A DNA stretch of 64,000 nucleotides. Source: an uncultured virus (IMG/VR IMGVR_UViG_3300030330_004454). Its lineage: Duplodnaviria; Heunggongvirae; Uroviricota; Caudoviricetes. Where the stretch lies: the IMG/VR virus record IMGVR_UViG_3300030330_004454; one strand, 5' to 3'. The notes beneath the pieces are model-generated. The model had not been told where the DNA came from, ran no database searches, and saw only the letters and a list, made by a program, of their open reading frames with translations. This document shows, piece after piece, positions 49,301 to 57,950 of the stretch (positions within the stretch are counted from its first letter, which is position 1; the number at the start of each line of letters is the position of its first letter). Position numbers and translations under genes: made by a program.

Positions 49301-52300
49301 ACAGGTTATTGACATAGATGTGATGAAACCAAGGCTCAACGGGTTTTACAGGAGATGAGGTATCAAATTGATCAGAATCTATAATCTGACAAACCAAAAC
49401 GTTTACATCAATTCTAGGCTGGAAGTCTCCATGACCAAAGTTCCAAGGTGCGGCGAAGTATTTGTACAATCTTTCATATTTTTTAGCTGTATTATGAATA
49501 CGAGCCATCTTTGACCTACTGTACGCAAACTTATCTGTAAATACGACCATGAGCGCAGGTATACCTGAAACAAAGATGTCGTCAAATTCTCTACTCCAAG
49601 CAGCGCCGGGAGCGCCAACAACAACTGTTTCTTTGTCGTTATTGTATCCTATGTCTACAGAATAACCAAACTCTCTACCTTCTTGACCTATGTTCCACTT
49701 TTGACCTGAAATACAAAACTCTGGTGCGTTTCTATTTGGGTAGCAGAGAAGGTTTTGGAAAGTTCGTTTGATATAATCTTTTCTGTAGCCAGAAGGAAGC
49801 ATCAGTTTATCTTCAAACAACCACTGAGCTTTAAGACCCGGAATGTCTTCTGATCTTCTGTACAAGAAAACAGAGCCAGCATTTTCTATCTCGCTTCCAG
49901 TCTCATCAAGCAACGTGTGATATGGAGACCCAACCGCCATTAGATTTTCTTTAACGGATACTGCTCTACCATACTCATTATACTCTTGCCTTCCAGACAC
50001 CTGAGTTAGATCTTCACTTCCACTAACGTATGGATAATCACCAAGTAGTTTTACGCCGCTATAGTTTATATTTTGTGTGCAGTCATCTGGGCAACAATCT
50101 CCGATTGTGTCTGGTCCACAAATTCCATATTCCCAATCTTCCCAATCTCTAGGAACTTTAATTGCATTTGTACTACCGGTTGTAATTTTCAATGTAACAA
50201 AGTACGGGCTAGATGGGTTTAATCCTGTGTACTTTCTAATACCGTAGTAGTTGCCAGAGTATCCTGCATCTAGATTGGTGTATGTTGCCGTGGCTCTAAA
50301 TATTCCACCTTCATTGCAAGTCTTAGGTCTCCAAACTGTATCGTCTGTTATTAACGCTTCGTCAAACGCTTTTCTTGGGCTATTACCTGTACACGATCCA
50401 AATCCAAATAGATCTACACCTCTTATTTCGTCGTCCGCAGGAATACTTGCAATCGCATTATCCTCAAGATCTATTCCAGTTCCAAAATTATTATTAGACC
50501 AGAATATATCCAAAGACTCTCCATCTAGATAGCTAGCAAGGAATAGCTCTAGGCTGCCGCTTCCAACCGTAGTTGTGAAGTTGTCTCCAAACAGAGTTAG
50601 GTTTAGAGATTCTTTTAGTATGTCTGGAGCAAATGTAAACAGAGACATTTGGTTTGAAACATACGGAGAATCAAACAAAGTACTTCCAGCAGAAACTAAC
50701 GGCATTGATCCAGAATCAGGTCCAGCGCTTGCCTGCTGCTGAAGCAGGAATAGAGGCGCTGTGTTTCTCATTGCAATAAATCCATCGCCACTTGGACCAA
50801 ATGTAAACAACGGCATGTTAACCCCACCTAGAGGTATACCGCTTTCATTATTCATCATCGTCAAAGGCATGTTTACATCCAACAAACCTTTTCCGTGAGT
50901 AACCAAGTTTAAATGATAAGGCTGATTGATATTTCCAACAACTCCGTCTTGCGTAGAGCCAGCAACAAATCCACCTCCACCCGGAGGGAAAGAATTCCAA
51001 GTTCTATTGTCACCAGATGCAACTAACGTAACTCCTGAGTCTTGAATAGTTGCTTTTCCTAGTACAACCAAAGGTATAGACTCTGTAGATGTCTGCTCTC
51101 CGCTTGTGAACAATATACATCCAGAATCTTGAATTTCAAGTGGACCAAGTGTGACCAAAGTTATCCCAGAAAGATTTGGGAACAAGTCGCTTGAATCAGG
51201 ATTAGCGCCAGACGCGCTAAGTAGATTAAGATTTAACGCACCACTAACTGGAGATGGATTTCCACTAGTGGTTAAGGTCATTTGACCTGAAACAGACACT
51301 GGTTTTACAAACGCATCTTCTGCTCTTACATGTGCGCTAAACATATCTATTCTAGAATGGAAAGCTGGACCAGAAGGATACACTAAATCGTACTGCAAGA
51401 ACATGTCGTCAACATCTGTTGAGTAGAACTTCTCTTTAAACTCAGACAATCTTGCGTTATAAGGGAATAATGCCCATTTTTCTGATTCGTCACAATAACT
51501 ATCGTAAGTAAATTTACTATCTACTCTAATTAAGCAACTAGAAGGCTCTAAATAATGTATGTCTCTATTTACCAAGCCCCAGTTAGGCTCTGAGAACTCT
51601 GGAACAAATGTTTTTAAGTATTCTGGCTCTTTGGTTTTTGTGTACAAACTGACGATCAGCTTAGGCCCAATACTGCCGTCTTCCCACTCTATGTTATTGG
51701 TTTCAGTTTTATGCTCAAGAATTGTTTCTACAACAAGTGCTTTCTCTGTGAAGTCGTAACCAAAAGGTAAACTTTTTCTAATTCTAGGATAAGTAGAATG
51801 GAAATTGTCAGATGTATCACTCAAATTAAATCTAAGGAAATCGTTTTCTATTTGAGTATGATAAGCAACTCCAGAGTCAACATTATGAGGCATAGTTATT
51901 TCTGCATACTGAGAATAACCAGATCCATGATGATTAATGTTAAAGTTGACTAAATCAACACCAGCGGTTTTTCCTTTTATGCTATTTAGACTATCAAACT
52001 CAAAACTAAATGCGCAACGATTAAATGCACCAAGATACCAATCATTAAAGGTATCTTCATCTAGATTGCTCCATAGCTTATAAGCATCTGAGGTTGGATT
52101 ATCAGAAGCTTCCCACCAATAAACTCTATTATTTTCTAAGAACTTTTGAGCAGTGACTTTTAGAGGTGTAGTTGTTTCATTTTCTACGATATTACCAGAC
52201 GAAACGCCCAACTCAGAAACAAACATGTTGAATCCTACACCAGATCCGGGCGAGTTACCGACTTTCAGTGTGCTGGTATTAGTGTCTATAACAAATGAGT

Positions 52301-55300
52301 CAGAAGAAGCACGAAGCACATTCCACTCAGATTCAAATTCATTATCTGTATAAAGTTTAAGTTTATTATCACCCTCGTCATTATAAGTCATAATAACACT
52401 AAGAGGGAATTGATAACCAGAGAAAGAAACAGTGTCGTAAATCTCTTTTAATCCACCGCCATTCTCCTTAGCTCTAGCTGCCAAATATCCACCAGAGTAA
52501 GCAAGAGATAGCTCCATGTCCTGACCGGCATCCCACTTAGAAAGAAGAACACCACTCTCAAAGAGGTTATACCCAACACCGCTAACGTTTGCGTCGGGAC
52601 TAAATCTAATATAAAGAGATAATCCATTTCCACCATTAGTCCCGTAGTCAATATCTCCAAAGTCCACAAAAGAATTGTGACCAGATATTCTAACAACATT
52701 TTTAAATGCGTCTGCTATTTTTCCATAAAGTGGATCTGACTGGAAGTTTGTTCCACCGTTAGAAAGAGAAGTCCAGTCTGTAGTTTTGTAGTCACTTGTA
52801 AATCCGGGCAACTGATCTGTAAACAGGTCGTTATTAAGGAATCTCCAACCATAATGACTATAATGATAATCGGTGTAAGTTGTAGAAAGAGTTCCAACCA
52901 AGTTTCCTACTACTGGACTGATTGTTGTAGAATTATCTTCAAACAAATAAAATCCAGACACAAACGGATAATCAAGAAGTGTCTTTGTATAGCCAAAATT
53001 AAATGCGGAATCAAACGGTGTAATAAATGTACCTTCCATTCCTCGCCATCTTCTAGAATAATTTGACTTAACTCCAGAAGGTGTTCCAAAAGCGTGAGGA
53101 ATATTTTCTATTTTAGACAGAGGTCCATAGCCAGAACCAGCATTTATAATTATATCGCTAGAAGACTGCCTAGAGATTGGGAAGAACCCACCATCACTTC
53201 TGCCGTCTGAAATTCTATCAATATCTTTACCACCCTGAGTGGCGAGCTTAACAGCATTTTGAGGATTATATCTAACACAAAGGTATGCAGCAGCAATACT
53301 AGCGCCAGTAGGAAGCGGATAAATATCTAGATAAAGTCTTTCTAAGAAAGAACTCATACTATAATTAGTAGACCTACCGAATAAAACATTGTCGTCATAT
53401 ATTTCCAGAGGTATCTCATACAATTTAAATTCTGTAGAATCTACAACAGGATAAGTCGCAAGAAGATAATGGTCTCCACCAGCATTATTAACAGAACTTG
53501 ACTCAAAATATTCATCTTCATCAGATAGCGACTCAAAGGCAATACCTAGATCGCCAACGGTTCTAAATCCAGATACAGCGCCAGCAAGCGAACCATCGTT
53601 ACCCAAGAATGCGGTCGTGTTTGCAACGGGGTCTGAAATGAACACACCGGACGTATTTTGCAGGAATCCACCGCTAGCGCTAGTCACATGAAGTAAACAG
53701 TCGTCACTGTAGCCAACTACGTCCAAAGAATAATCTCTAGAACCAACTTCCTTTTTAGCTAAAACTTTCAGTGTAACACTATCTACATCAAAGAAGTTAG
53801 CGTCTACCCCCATGTTTTCTTTATTGAGCGTATTGAATGCACCAGATGGCGTAAACCACATAGTATTTATATTTTGATTAAACGCGCTATTAAATGCACC
53901 CTTGGTTACTTCTTGTTGAGACGCTGTAGAGTAACCAAACTTCAAGGTAAGTTTACCTGAGTTTTCTATTGGTCCGATAGAATTTAAGCTAACAAAAGTA
54001 GTTGGGTCTTCATCCCTAAGAACTCTTGCTAACTCTCTTGTTCCTATTATGGTTTCGTTTGAATAAGTAGGATCATTGTTGGCATACCAGATACTACTTA
54101 CAGAAGGAAAAATTCCAGAATCGTATGTGTAGTGTGGGAACATGGTTGGGAAGAAGCACTTTTCTATTCTTCTTCCTGTGTCTGTTACCTGAGCGAACAG
54201 GGTAACAAAATGTTCGTCGTATATACTTGTTCTTCCGCTATTACAAATTTCTATAGCAGATATTCTAAGAGCATTATTGAATTGATTATTTCCAAATTGA
54301 TCTTGCCTGAAACCGCTATCATAACCTTCTGTAAACTCAGCGCCCAAATCCTCTGCGTCAATATCAAATGAAAGCGTATACCCTTTATCCGCCTCTAAGT
54401 TAGGATAACCCAAATTCCATTTGTATTTATCTTTTATATTATTTATTTTTGCAGATCTAACAACCGTTGTGTAGTTAATGTCATTGTCAAAATCAGAATC
54501 ACCAATAAACACAATGTCGTCGTATTGTACTACCAAGTCTCCGTTAGGATCTGAAAACTTTATATTCTTAATTGTGTATCTTGGAGGAACTTCTGAGTCA
54601 AACGTACTTGTCGGGCCAGAAAGTCTCATTCTTAAAACGGTTTCTTCTGGCTCAATAAGTGTTTTGGTCATACCAAGAGCGCAAGAAAACTCACCCTTTG
54701 TATCTGGGGCTATAAGTTGAATATAGCTTGAGGTATCGTCAGAGGTTCTGGTGTATTCACCCTTCCAGTCTCCTTCAAAAACACCTTCGTCAATAAGTGC
54801 ATAGTGTGGTGAAGAATTATCTGAAGCAGTGAAATCACTAACATCAACATTACCAGAAGGATAAAGCTTTTGTACGCAAGTAAAGTCGTAGAACTCTCCA
54901 TTGTACTTGTCAACAAAACCTGTTTCTAATTCCGCTTCACCTAGTTTTTCGTGCGTTAGGTTGTGCGTAAAATTACCCTCAGTAAATATTCTACCGATAC
55001 CAATAAGTTCTCTAGAGTGGAATTGTTCTATCTGTAGATGAGGAGGAGAATTAGACTCAAGAAATCCAACGCCACTCATACCGCTAGCGGTCACGCCAAA
55101 TATTGGATTTATAACAGGAAGATCTCTAAAGTAACAGAATTTAATCTCAGCATCTATTACGCAGTCTGTATTGCCGCAATCATCAATAACCGTCTTTTTG
55201 CAAAACTGACTAATAGGAATATCTCTGTAAGTACCGGAGACATACTCCATAGAGATAACGCCATTGACATCTTTAATAAAGTCATAATAAAAATGTTGAG

Positions 55301-57950
55301 GACATCTAGAATTTATTCTATGTAAAGAAAGTTTACACACTTCTGACTCAAGAAGAACTCTAGGAAAATACCTTATATCGTCCATGCCGAATTGTGGATC
55401 AATATACACTTCGTGTTTTCTAGCAGTGTCGTGATACTCAAAATCATCAGTAAATATTCTTTCAACAAAAACACCGTTTATAAAAAACTCAATATACTTT
55501 GAGTCTCCGTCTTTTCCCTTAACGTTAATCGCTATATGATTCCAGTCATCTTCCAATAAATTAGATACATTTATAGATCTATTGCTAGAGAAAAAGTTAG
55601 ACGATTTATATTTAATATATAATCTATTTGCGGCAAAATAAATAGCGTACTGCGAAGCGTTCCCGCCGTGCGCTATAAGTTGAGATTCTACATTTAAAGA
55701 AGCGGCTAAAGTTTTTGCGTCCTTCACAAAGAAAGACCAGCTAAAATCTTCGTAGGTACTTATTTCAGAGGTTTGTATCCTAGTTCTAAAGGCGTCAGAA
55801 TTTGTTGACACCGTAGTAGAGTTGCTAGGTTTATTAAATATATACTTGTAGCCCTTGTCGTCGGAATCTGATATTACAGATCCTTTCCAGTCTAGATAAT
55901 TTGTTCCTAGTTCATCAAAGTTTAATTTATCTATAGCCTTGTTTTTGTCTATTTTGTAGATCGAATGATTGTCTTGAACATGCACTTGGTTCCTGTTAAA
56001 CTGTTTGACAACAGACATTCTTGATTGCGGCGTTGACGTTATCAGTCTTTGGTCGGAGAAAGATAGTAATTCAATCGCATCGCCCTGTCCATCTATTGAG
56101 CCAGTAACAAGAAACTGACCTTTATCGTTGTCGTTATCGAACTCCAAAGTTTTTATTTTTTCAGAAAGTCTGTCTTGCGGAAAAATTTCAGAAGACTTAA
56201 TCCAAGAAAAGTTACCATAACCCACGTCTGTAAGATCAAATACAGCAGAAGATTTTTCTTTACCAACAAGCAGTCTATCGCCGTTAGACGTAAGGTCTAC
56301 AAAAATACCAAATCTTATTGCATGAAGATTAGAACTTTGATTTTCTAAAAGAAAAGATGGATCTGGAACAATATCTCTTTGAACCCACTCGCCATCAGAA
56401 AATTTAAAGGTTGAAACCTTGCCATTAAAGATATTAGATTCTAAAGTTGTATCGTGAGGATCTATAGCGGCAAAAGCAATTGTTGAGCCATCTTCACTAA
56501 GACTTAAATCTATTATTTCTGTTCTGTCTGGACCTTGAAATCTACCAGTGCTAACAAATTTTGTTGAATTTCTATGCTTAGGAAGCGATAATCTGTCAGT
56601 TCTGCTCCAATTGTTATCACCTTGATAGTCATAGACATCTACAACCGCACTTATTTGCTCATTACTAGAAGAAAGATTGGTATCTATAGGATTATAGAAT
56701 ATTACTCTGTTTCCATCTTTAGATATACGAATTTTAGAACCATAAAGAATTTTAGGAGAACTCCATCTAAAATCAGAAAACTTTATATTCGACTGAAAGG
56801 GAACAAGAGATTCAGTTGCGCCCACTCCACCGTCACCGAAAGAATTTTCATCAAAAACGTTAACTAAACCGTTGCCGCCTCTTTCTGCAACACATACGAT
56901 ACCAATTTTAGTCCAACCATAGTCCCAATAGCAATGCATTGCAAGCGTATTTCCGTCTCCATCAATGGAAACATGATTAATTTTTACAAGGTTACTATTT
57001 TGAACACCACCAAGTGCAGTTAGGTTTTCTCTATCCCAATCTTCTGTTGTAGAGTTGTAGGTAAAGACAGAAGCCATACCTCTGTCTACAAAGACCTGAG
57101 AAGACCTAGATTGCTCTACATCTACATAGGGACTAGCTAAAACTATTACAGTTCCATCATGGTTCAGGTCTAAAGAGGTAGCATTCTTAAATCTTACTTT
57201 TCTACCGTCCGGTCCAATGTAACTACCTCTAAAAGACTTAACTCTAGTCCAGTCTTCATCTCTTTTATAAACAACTATATCACAGTCATAAGACAAATCA
57301 TTGTCATCGCCAAAATTACTTTTATTATCAAAATCATCATCAGTACCATAAAAAGGTCTTACTATAACTAATGTAGAACCATCTTTACTTATTTTTGTTA
57401 ATCTCTGGTTTTCATATTTTTTATCAGCAAAAGAAAGCTGTACTAAAGCCTGATCGGGTGTTAGTAAGGGGTCAGGGGTTGGTCCAGATAAATTAGCAAA
57501 TTTATAATTTAAATCTCTAACTTTCTCATAGTTAGGGTCGAACTTTGAAGGTGTAATAAATAATTCTTCATCGTCGTGTTGTGCTGTGTTAATTTCAGCA
57601 GGTAATTCTTGCTCGTACCTAATCTCGCCTTGGGCCTCGTTGTTTATGTCATTCATAAACTCAAGGTCTTGATCAGAGAGTTGATCCTCGATTGTTATAT
57701 CGTAAAGAGGGCCACTGCCTATTGCAGAAGTTATAAGAGAAAGTTCTGTACAGTGTTTTTTAACTCTACCTGATCTTAGATAGCCATGACCAACCAGTTC
57801 TTGGTCTGGACCGTGTTCTATGGCGCATACAGCAGAAGTACCACAAGCGCCAAACATGTCTACAGACAAGCTTTCGCAAGATTTTATAGGACAGTCTGGG
57901 TCGTGAGTGTGACTGGGGTTGTATCCATCTGGAAATTCAGATTCTGCCAT
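43329..57950 (-). CDS. Giant 4873-aa virion protein with beta-propeller (FG-GAP-like) blades, LamG-like domains and Ser-Gly-rich strands
   Basis: Uninterrupted ORF. Seven FG(Y/H/F)(S/A)V...VG(A/S/T)P blades, an N-terminal propeller (SxDGxxL repeats) and LamG-like WNHIAI...FFING...DDIRYFPRVL. Confidence 0.75.
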   Translation of the reverse strand: MAESEFPDGYNPSHTHDPDCPIKSCESLSVDMFGACGTSAVCAIEHGPDQELVGHGYLRSGRVKKHCTELSLITSAIGSGPLYDITIEDQLSDQDLEFMNDINNEAQGEIRYEQELPAEINTAQHDDEELFITPSKFDPNYEKVRDLNYKFANLSGPTPDPLLTPDQALVQLSFADKKYENQRLTKISKDGSTLVIVRPFYGTDDDFDNKSNFGDDNDLSYDCDIVVYKRDEDWTRVKSFRGSYIGPDGRKVRFKNATSLDLNHDGTVIVLASPYVDVEQSRSSQVFVDRGMASVFTYNSTTEDWDRENLTALGGVQNSNLVKINHVSIDGDGNTLAMHCYWDYGWTKIGIVCVAERGGNGLVNVFDENSFGDGGVGATESLVPFQSNIKFSDFRWSSPKILYGSKIRISKDGNRVIFYNPIDTNLSSSNEQISAVVDVYDYQGDNNWSRTDRLSLPKHRNSTKFVSTGRFQGPDRTEIIDLSLSEDGSTIAFAAIDPHDTTLESNIFNGKVSTFKFSDGEWVQRDIVPDPSFLLENQSSNLHAIRFGIFVDLTSNGDRLLVGKEKSSAVFDLTDVGYGNFSWIKSSEIFPQDRLSEKIKTLEFDNDNDKGQFLVTGSIDGQGDAIELLSFSDQRLITSTPQSRMSVVKQFNRNQVHVQDNHSIYKIDKNKAIDKLNFDELGTNYLDWKGSVISDSDDKGYKYIFNKPSNSTTVSTNSDAFRTRIQTSEISTYEDFSWSFFVKDAKTLAASLNVESQLIAHGGNASQYAIYFAANRLYIKYKSSNFFSSNRSINVSNLLEDDWNHIAINVKGKDGDSKYIEFFINGVFVERIFTDDFEYHDTARKHEVYIDPQFGMDDIRYFPRVLLESEVCKLSLHRINSRCPQHFYYDFIKDVNGVISMEYVSGTYRDIPISQFCKKTVIDDCGNTDCVIDAEIKFCYFRDLPVINPIFGVTASGMSGVGFLESNSPPHLQIEQFHSRELIGIGRIFTEGNFTHNLTHEKLGEAELETGFVDKYNGEFYDFTCVQKLYPSGNVDVSDFTASDNSSPHYALIDEGVFEGDWKGEYTRTSDDTSSYIQLIAPDTKGEFSCALGMTKTLIEPEETVLRMRLSGPTSTFDSEVPPRYTIKNIKFSDPNGDLVVQYDDIVFIGDSDFDNDINYTTVVRSAKINNIKDKYKWNLGYPNLEADKGYTLSFDIDAEDLGAEFTEGYDSGFRQDQFGNNQFNNALRISAIEICNSGRTSIYDEHFVTLFAQVTDTGRRIEKCFFPTMFPHYTYDSGIFPSVSSIWYANNDPTYSNETIIGTRELARVLRDEDPTTFVSLNSIGPIENSGKLTLKFGYSTASQQEVTKGAFNSAFNQNINTMWFTPSGAFNTLNKENMGVDANFFDVDSVTLKVLAKKEVGSRDYSLDVVGYSDDCLLHVTSASGGFLQNTSGVFISDPVANTTAFLGNDGSLAGAVSGFRTVGDLGIAFESLSDEDEYFESSSVNNAGGDHYLLATYPVVDSTEFKLYEIPLEIYDDNVLFGRSTNYSMSSFLERLYLDIYPLPTGASIAAAYLCVRYNPQNAVKLATQGGKDIDRISDGRSDGGFFPISRQSSSDIIINAGSGYGPLSKIENIPHAFGTPSGVKSNYSRRWRGMEGTFITPFDSAFNFGYTKTLLDYPFVSGFYLFEDNSTTISPVVGNLVGTLSTTYTDYHYSHYGWRFLNNDLFTDQLPGFTSDYKTTDWTSLSNGGTNFQSDPLYGKIADAFKNVVRISGHNSFVDFGDIDYGTNGGNGLSLYIRFSPDANVSGVGYNLFESGVLLSKWDAGQDMELSLAYSGGYLAARAKENGGGLKEIYDTVSFSGYQFPLSVIMTYNDEGDNKLKLYTDNEFESEWNVLRASSDSFVIDTNTSTLKVGNSPGSGVGFNMFVSELGVSSGNIVENETTTPLKVTAQKFLENNRVYWWEASDNPTSDAYKLWSNLDEDTFNDWYLGAFNRCAFSFEFDSLNSIKGKTAGVDLVNFNINHHGSGYSQYAEITMPHNVDSGVAYHTQIENDFLRFNLSDTSDNFHSTYPRIRKSLPFGYDFTEKALVVETILEHKTETNNIEWEDGSIGPKLIVSLYTKTKEPEYLKTFVPEFSEPNWGLVNRDIHYLEPSSCLIRVDSKFTYDSYCDESEKWALFPYNARLSEFKEKFYSTDVDDMFLQYDLVYPSGPAFHSRIDMFSAHVRAEDAFVKPVSVSGQMTLTTSGNPSPVSGALNLNLLSASGANPDSSDLFPNLSGITLVTLGPLEIQDSGCILFTSGEQTSTESIPLVVLGKATIQDSGVTLVASGDNRTWNSFPPGGGGFVAGSTQDGVVGNINQPYHLNLVTHGKGLLDVNMPLTMMNNESGIPLGGVNMPLFTFGPSGDGFIAMRNTAPLFLLQQQASAGPDSGSMPLVSAGSTLFDSPYVSNQMSLFTFAPDILKESLNLTLFGDNFTTTVGSGSLELFLASYLDGESLDIFWSNNNFGTGIDLEDNAIASIPADDEIRGVDLFGFGSCTGNSPRKAFDEALITDDTVWRPKTCNEGGIFRATATYTNLDAGYSGNYYGIRKYTGLNPSSPYFVTLKITTGSTNAIKVPRDWEDWEYGICGPDTIGDCCPDDCTQNINYSGVKLLGDYPYVSGSEDLTQVSGRQEYNEYGRAVSVKENLMAVGSPYHTLLDETGSEIENAGSVFLYRRSEDIPGLKAQWLFEDKLMLPSGYRKDYIKRTFQNLLCYPNRNAPEFCISGQKWNIGQEGREFGYSVDIGYNNDKETVVVGAPGAAWSREFDDIFVSGIPALMVVFTDKFAYSRSKMARIHNTAKKYERLYKYFAAPWNFGHGDFQPRIDVNVLVCQIIDSDQFDTSSPVKPVEPWFHHIYVNNLLDTSDSYENLLNQMSSGIETKFKEIFPYTNESIYSGIPPIVGIFGDDTPSTSNKAAYEGALENFIRFHEDYSYASGVENLEESTPQSGYRNQIFSDSFAWFDASVEIMDKTLATGNLIANDALIYITSGVGQQHAKANAYEFQIPPESGGRVFVFEKEAGKFNVVQEIVSPEEDLMNTEMEGLEDDDPSALMYGDRFNDRFGHAVSISENSEVISIGSPYSIEPCLIYERDETENQRMYKKVGEWLDLRLPAQKERYNTLLAASGALAAGKQIYLELDQPNKFLIRNDDLFWGNSKINLYKKVFKYDHRDIGYVGTWAFLPYEFAGTSRMGFSTAVSESGNIVAFGAPTDSFNEFDDFNVWGESEDTWASYMQAGAVRVFESREYTNHNKVVEYTRFGNLDRSVNGPHISYESMGDFFAPEGIPFEKLPFSEIEIPTDAGLAFIITPELDAASDEIIDNIKSWLSLGDRTLVLVGNDPVWEQNGLYEKSNDIINKILDKLDSRMQIVPARNEYESLSAGVSLDEYNANRYNVTRAHRPEYGHEVYASAPNMFASGVADIRIDLSKDDLTKLKIYSDCDDNNSKCELPIEHLGDLRAEWQSECVVLPNGKIEYKTNWPFHFDNTNPAQSCTFYPEIVKPQLPNKANQDIVPILTAAEFKQRPPIIVPASSGENEECTTRLSGIITTTIRRDTKLFNFAENQIDEREFYLSQTTNPVTLDGNFLEFDRDQFFDPEAFGSRNAFMQAEGTSYAVDVPPDTVVVSPDSVLATEEVYYSEGVATTSKVIIMASMQAETDFSLGKSPDIELDPNNKDQNIYFYNNLVMQDCNNSANIDQAGGWTGRDSFRDAFKDSRIDKVFQQGGHTLSSGVVYTGDIPNSVSTLWVANPVAKPQDADVSRIKKWMEKGDKKLIITYSNDQEIANHIEYICDKLSLNTKPYYSTGNNAYFIKDSDKIADSNNQSIPYDPRTEIVQRIDSDADVFKGCAVGYGFNRISSNTKVEKLAICPLLAEPRNGYRISEPNFETGFTDYAYIPLKVGANTRKLVSYLDPLTEKRYNNPHTFYKIDADGKVKFPVTPGSGYRLFVNWVSETRDEKFDVLMNVEGVNFSPEPDNEGSEFIDEGGSRKLSKTVTNEPNVAVVDFRVPNDKEDFEVTFDTNEWRKIENKDFNGGRPLTPRILSVSGCLLPIEVTTQTFTTTKQKKVFITECSGVPFFIPEQTITFPETFRPISTLNDKYCNPDGDVCSGYGGVEIEDGPVLVADELEHFTDFSKGKKRSRIILISDASIVQGNNPFRNDAQDENQAFIRSLYPLSPDKADRNIINEDTISQGKRNFAFTQKLRAPERGSAPKYYAATGLANQTIRYTLGGVAGNLDNYTDQEDTFNPSDVTRRFTPETLEKIKQEIENFGANKLSKYGAYPRYSGIIDGVLYVDAGIAGGIPDFMKAKGKDYIEFDMLASGYAGDLFGYSIDIHEDKLVVGTPFNAFRGETPVTWSGIKSAYDASEISSGLQISSQGGAGAAFFFERTGRGTNAVSEFLPWEFKEKIKPDSINEGIDNCTLSELEEKRAHEPVGLTPSFVLTNAATPDRFGYSVSIDSDFIAVGAPMHDFETIHEHIYSGSIVPNDFNTAFIRKEFNAEFDIPQHRYYDFGSSGVRIDQFERESGKMVLNNGAVYTFRHQMTNFAERRKDWIFAEKLNTQGYSDRNTQLAALSGCENDHFGFSVAIDRAKRGDSDYTLVGGAPRHDFTTSGNHITPTYTDAGSVYTFDAMLREQLPSIPNSAGYIDAQVFGLKPAQKDGMVTNLVYQNTTGGPTSHLVSGLIYTNENGDIFLEVSGYDPAAKGFVAHRPFVESVIGDAIDGTGAANNLNLITQGRGIFIDNAWPTLASGLDIDSIHDFDRGSFDSDFDSAKIRPSGMSLYITGPDQADVYNNMSLFTNSWNVAQEGSGIGATPVTLSVSGAEPTLVSGIPTLYTSGVAIVSAGSGTSPLTLRIRGR

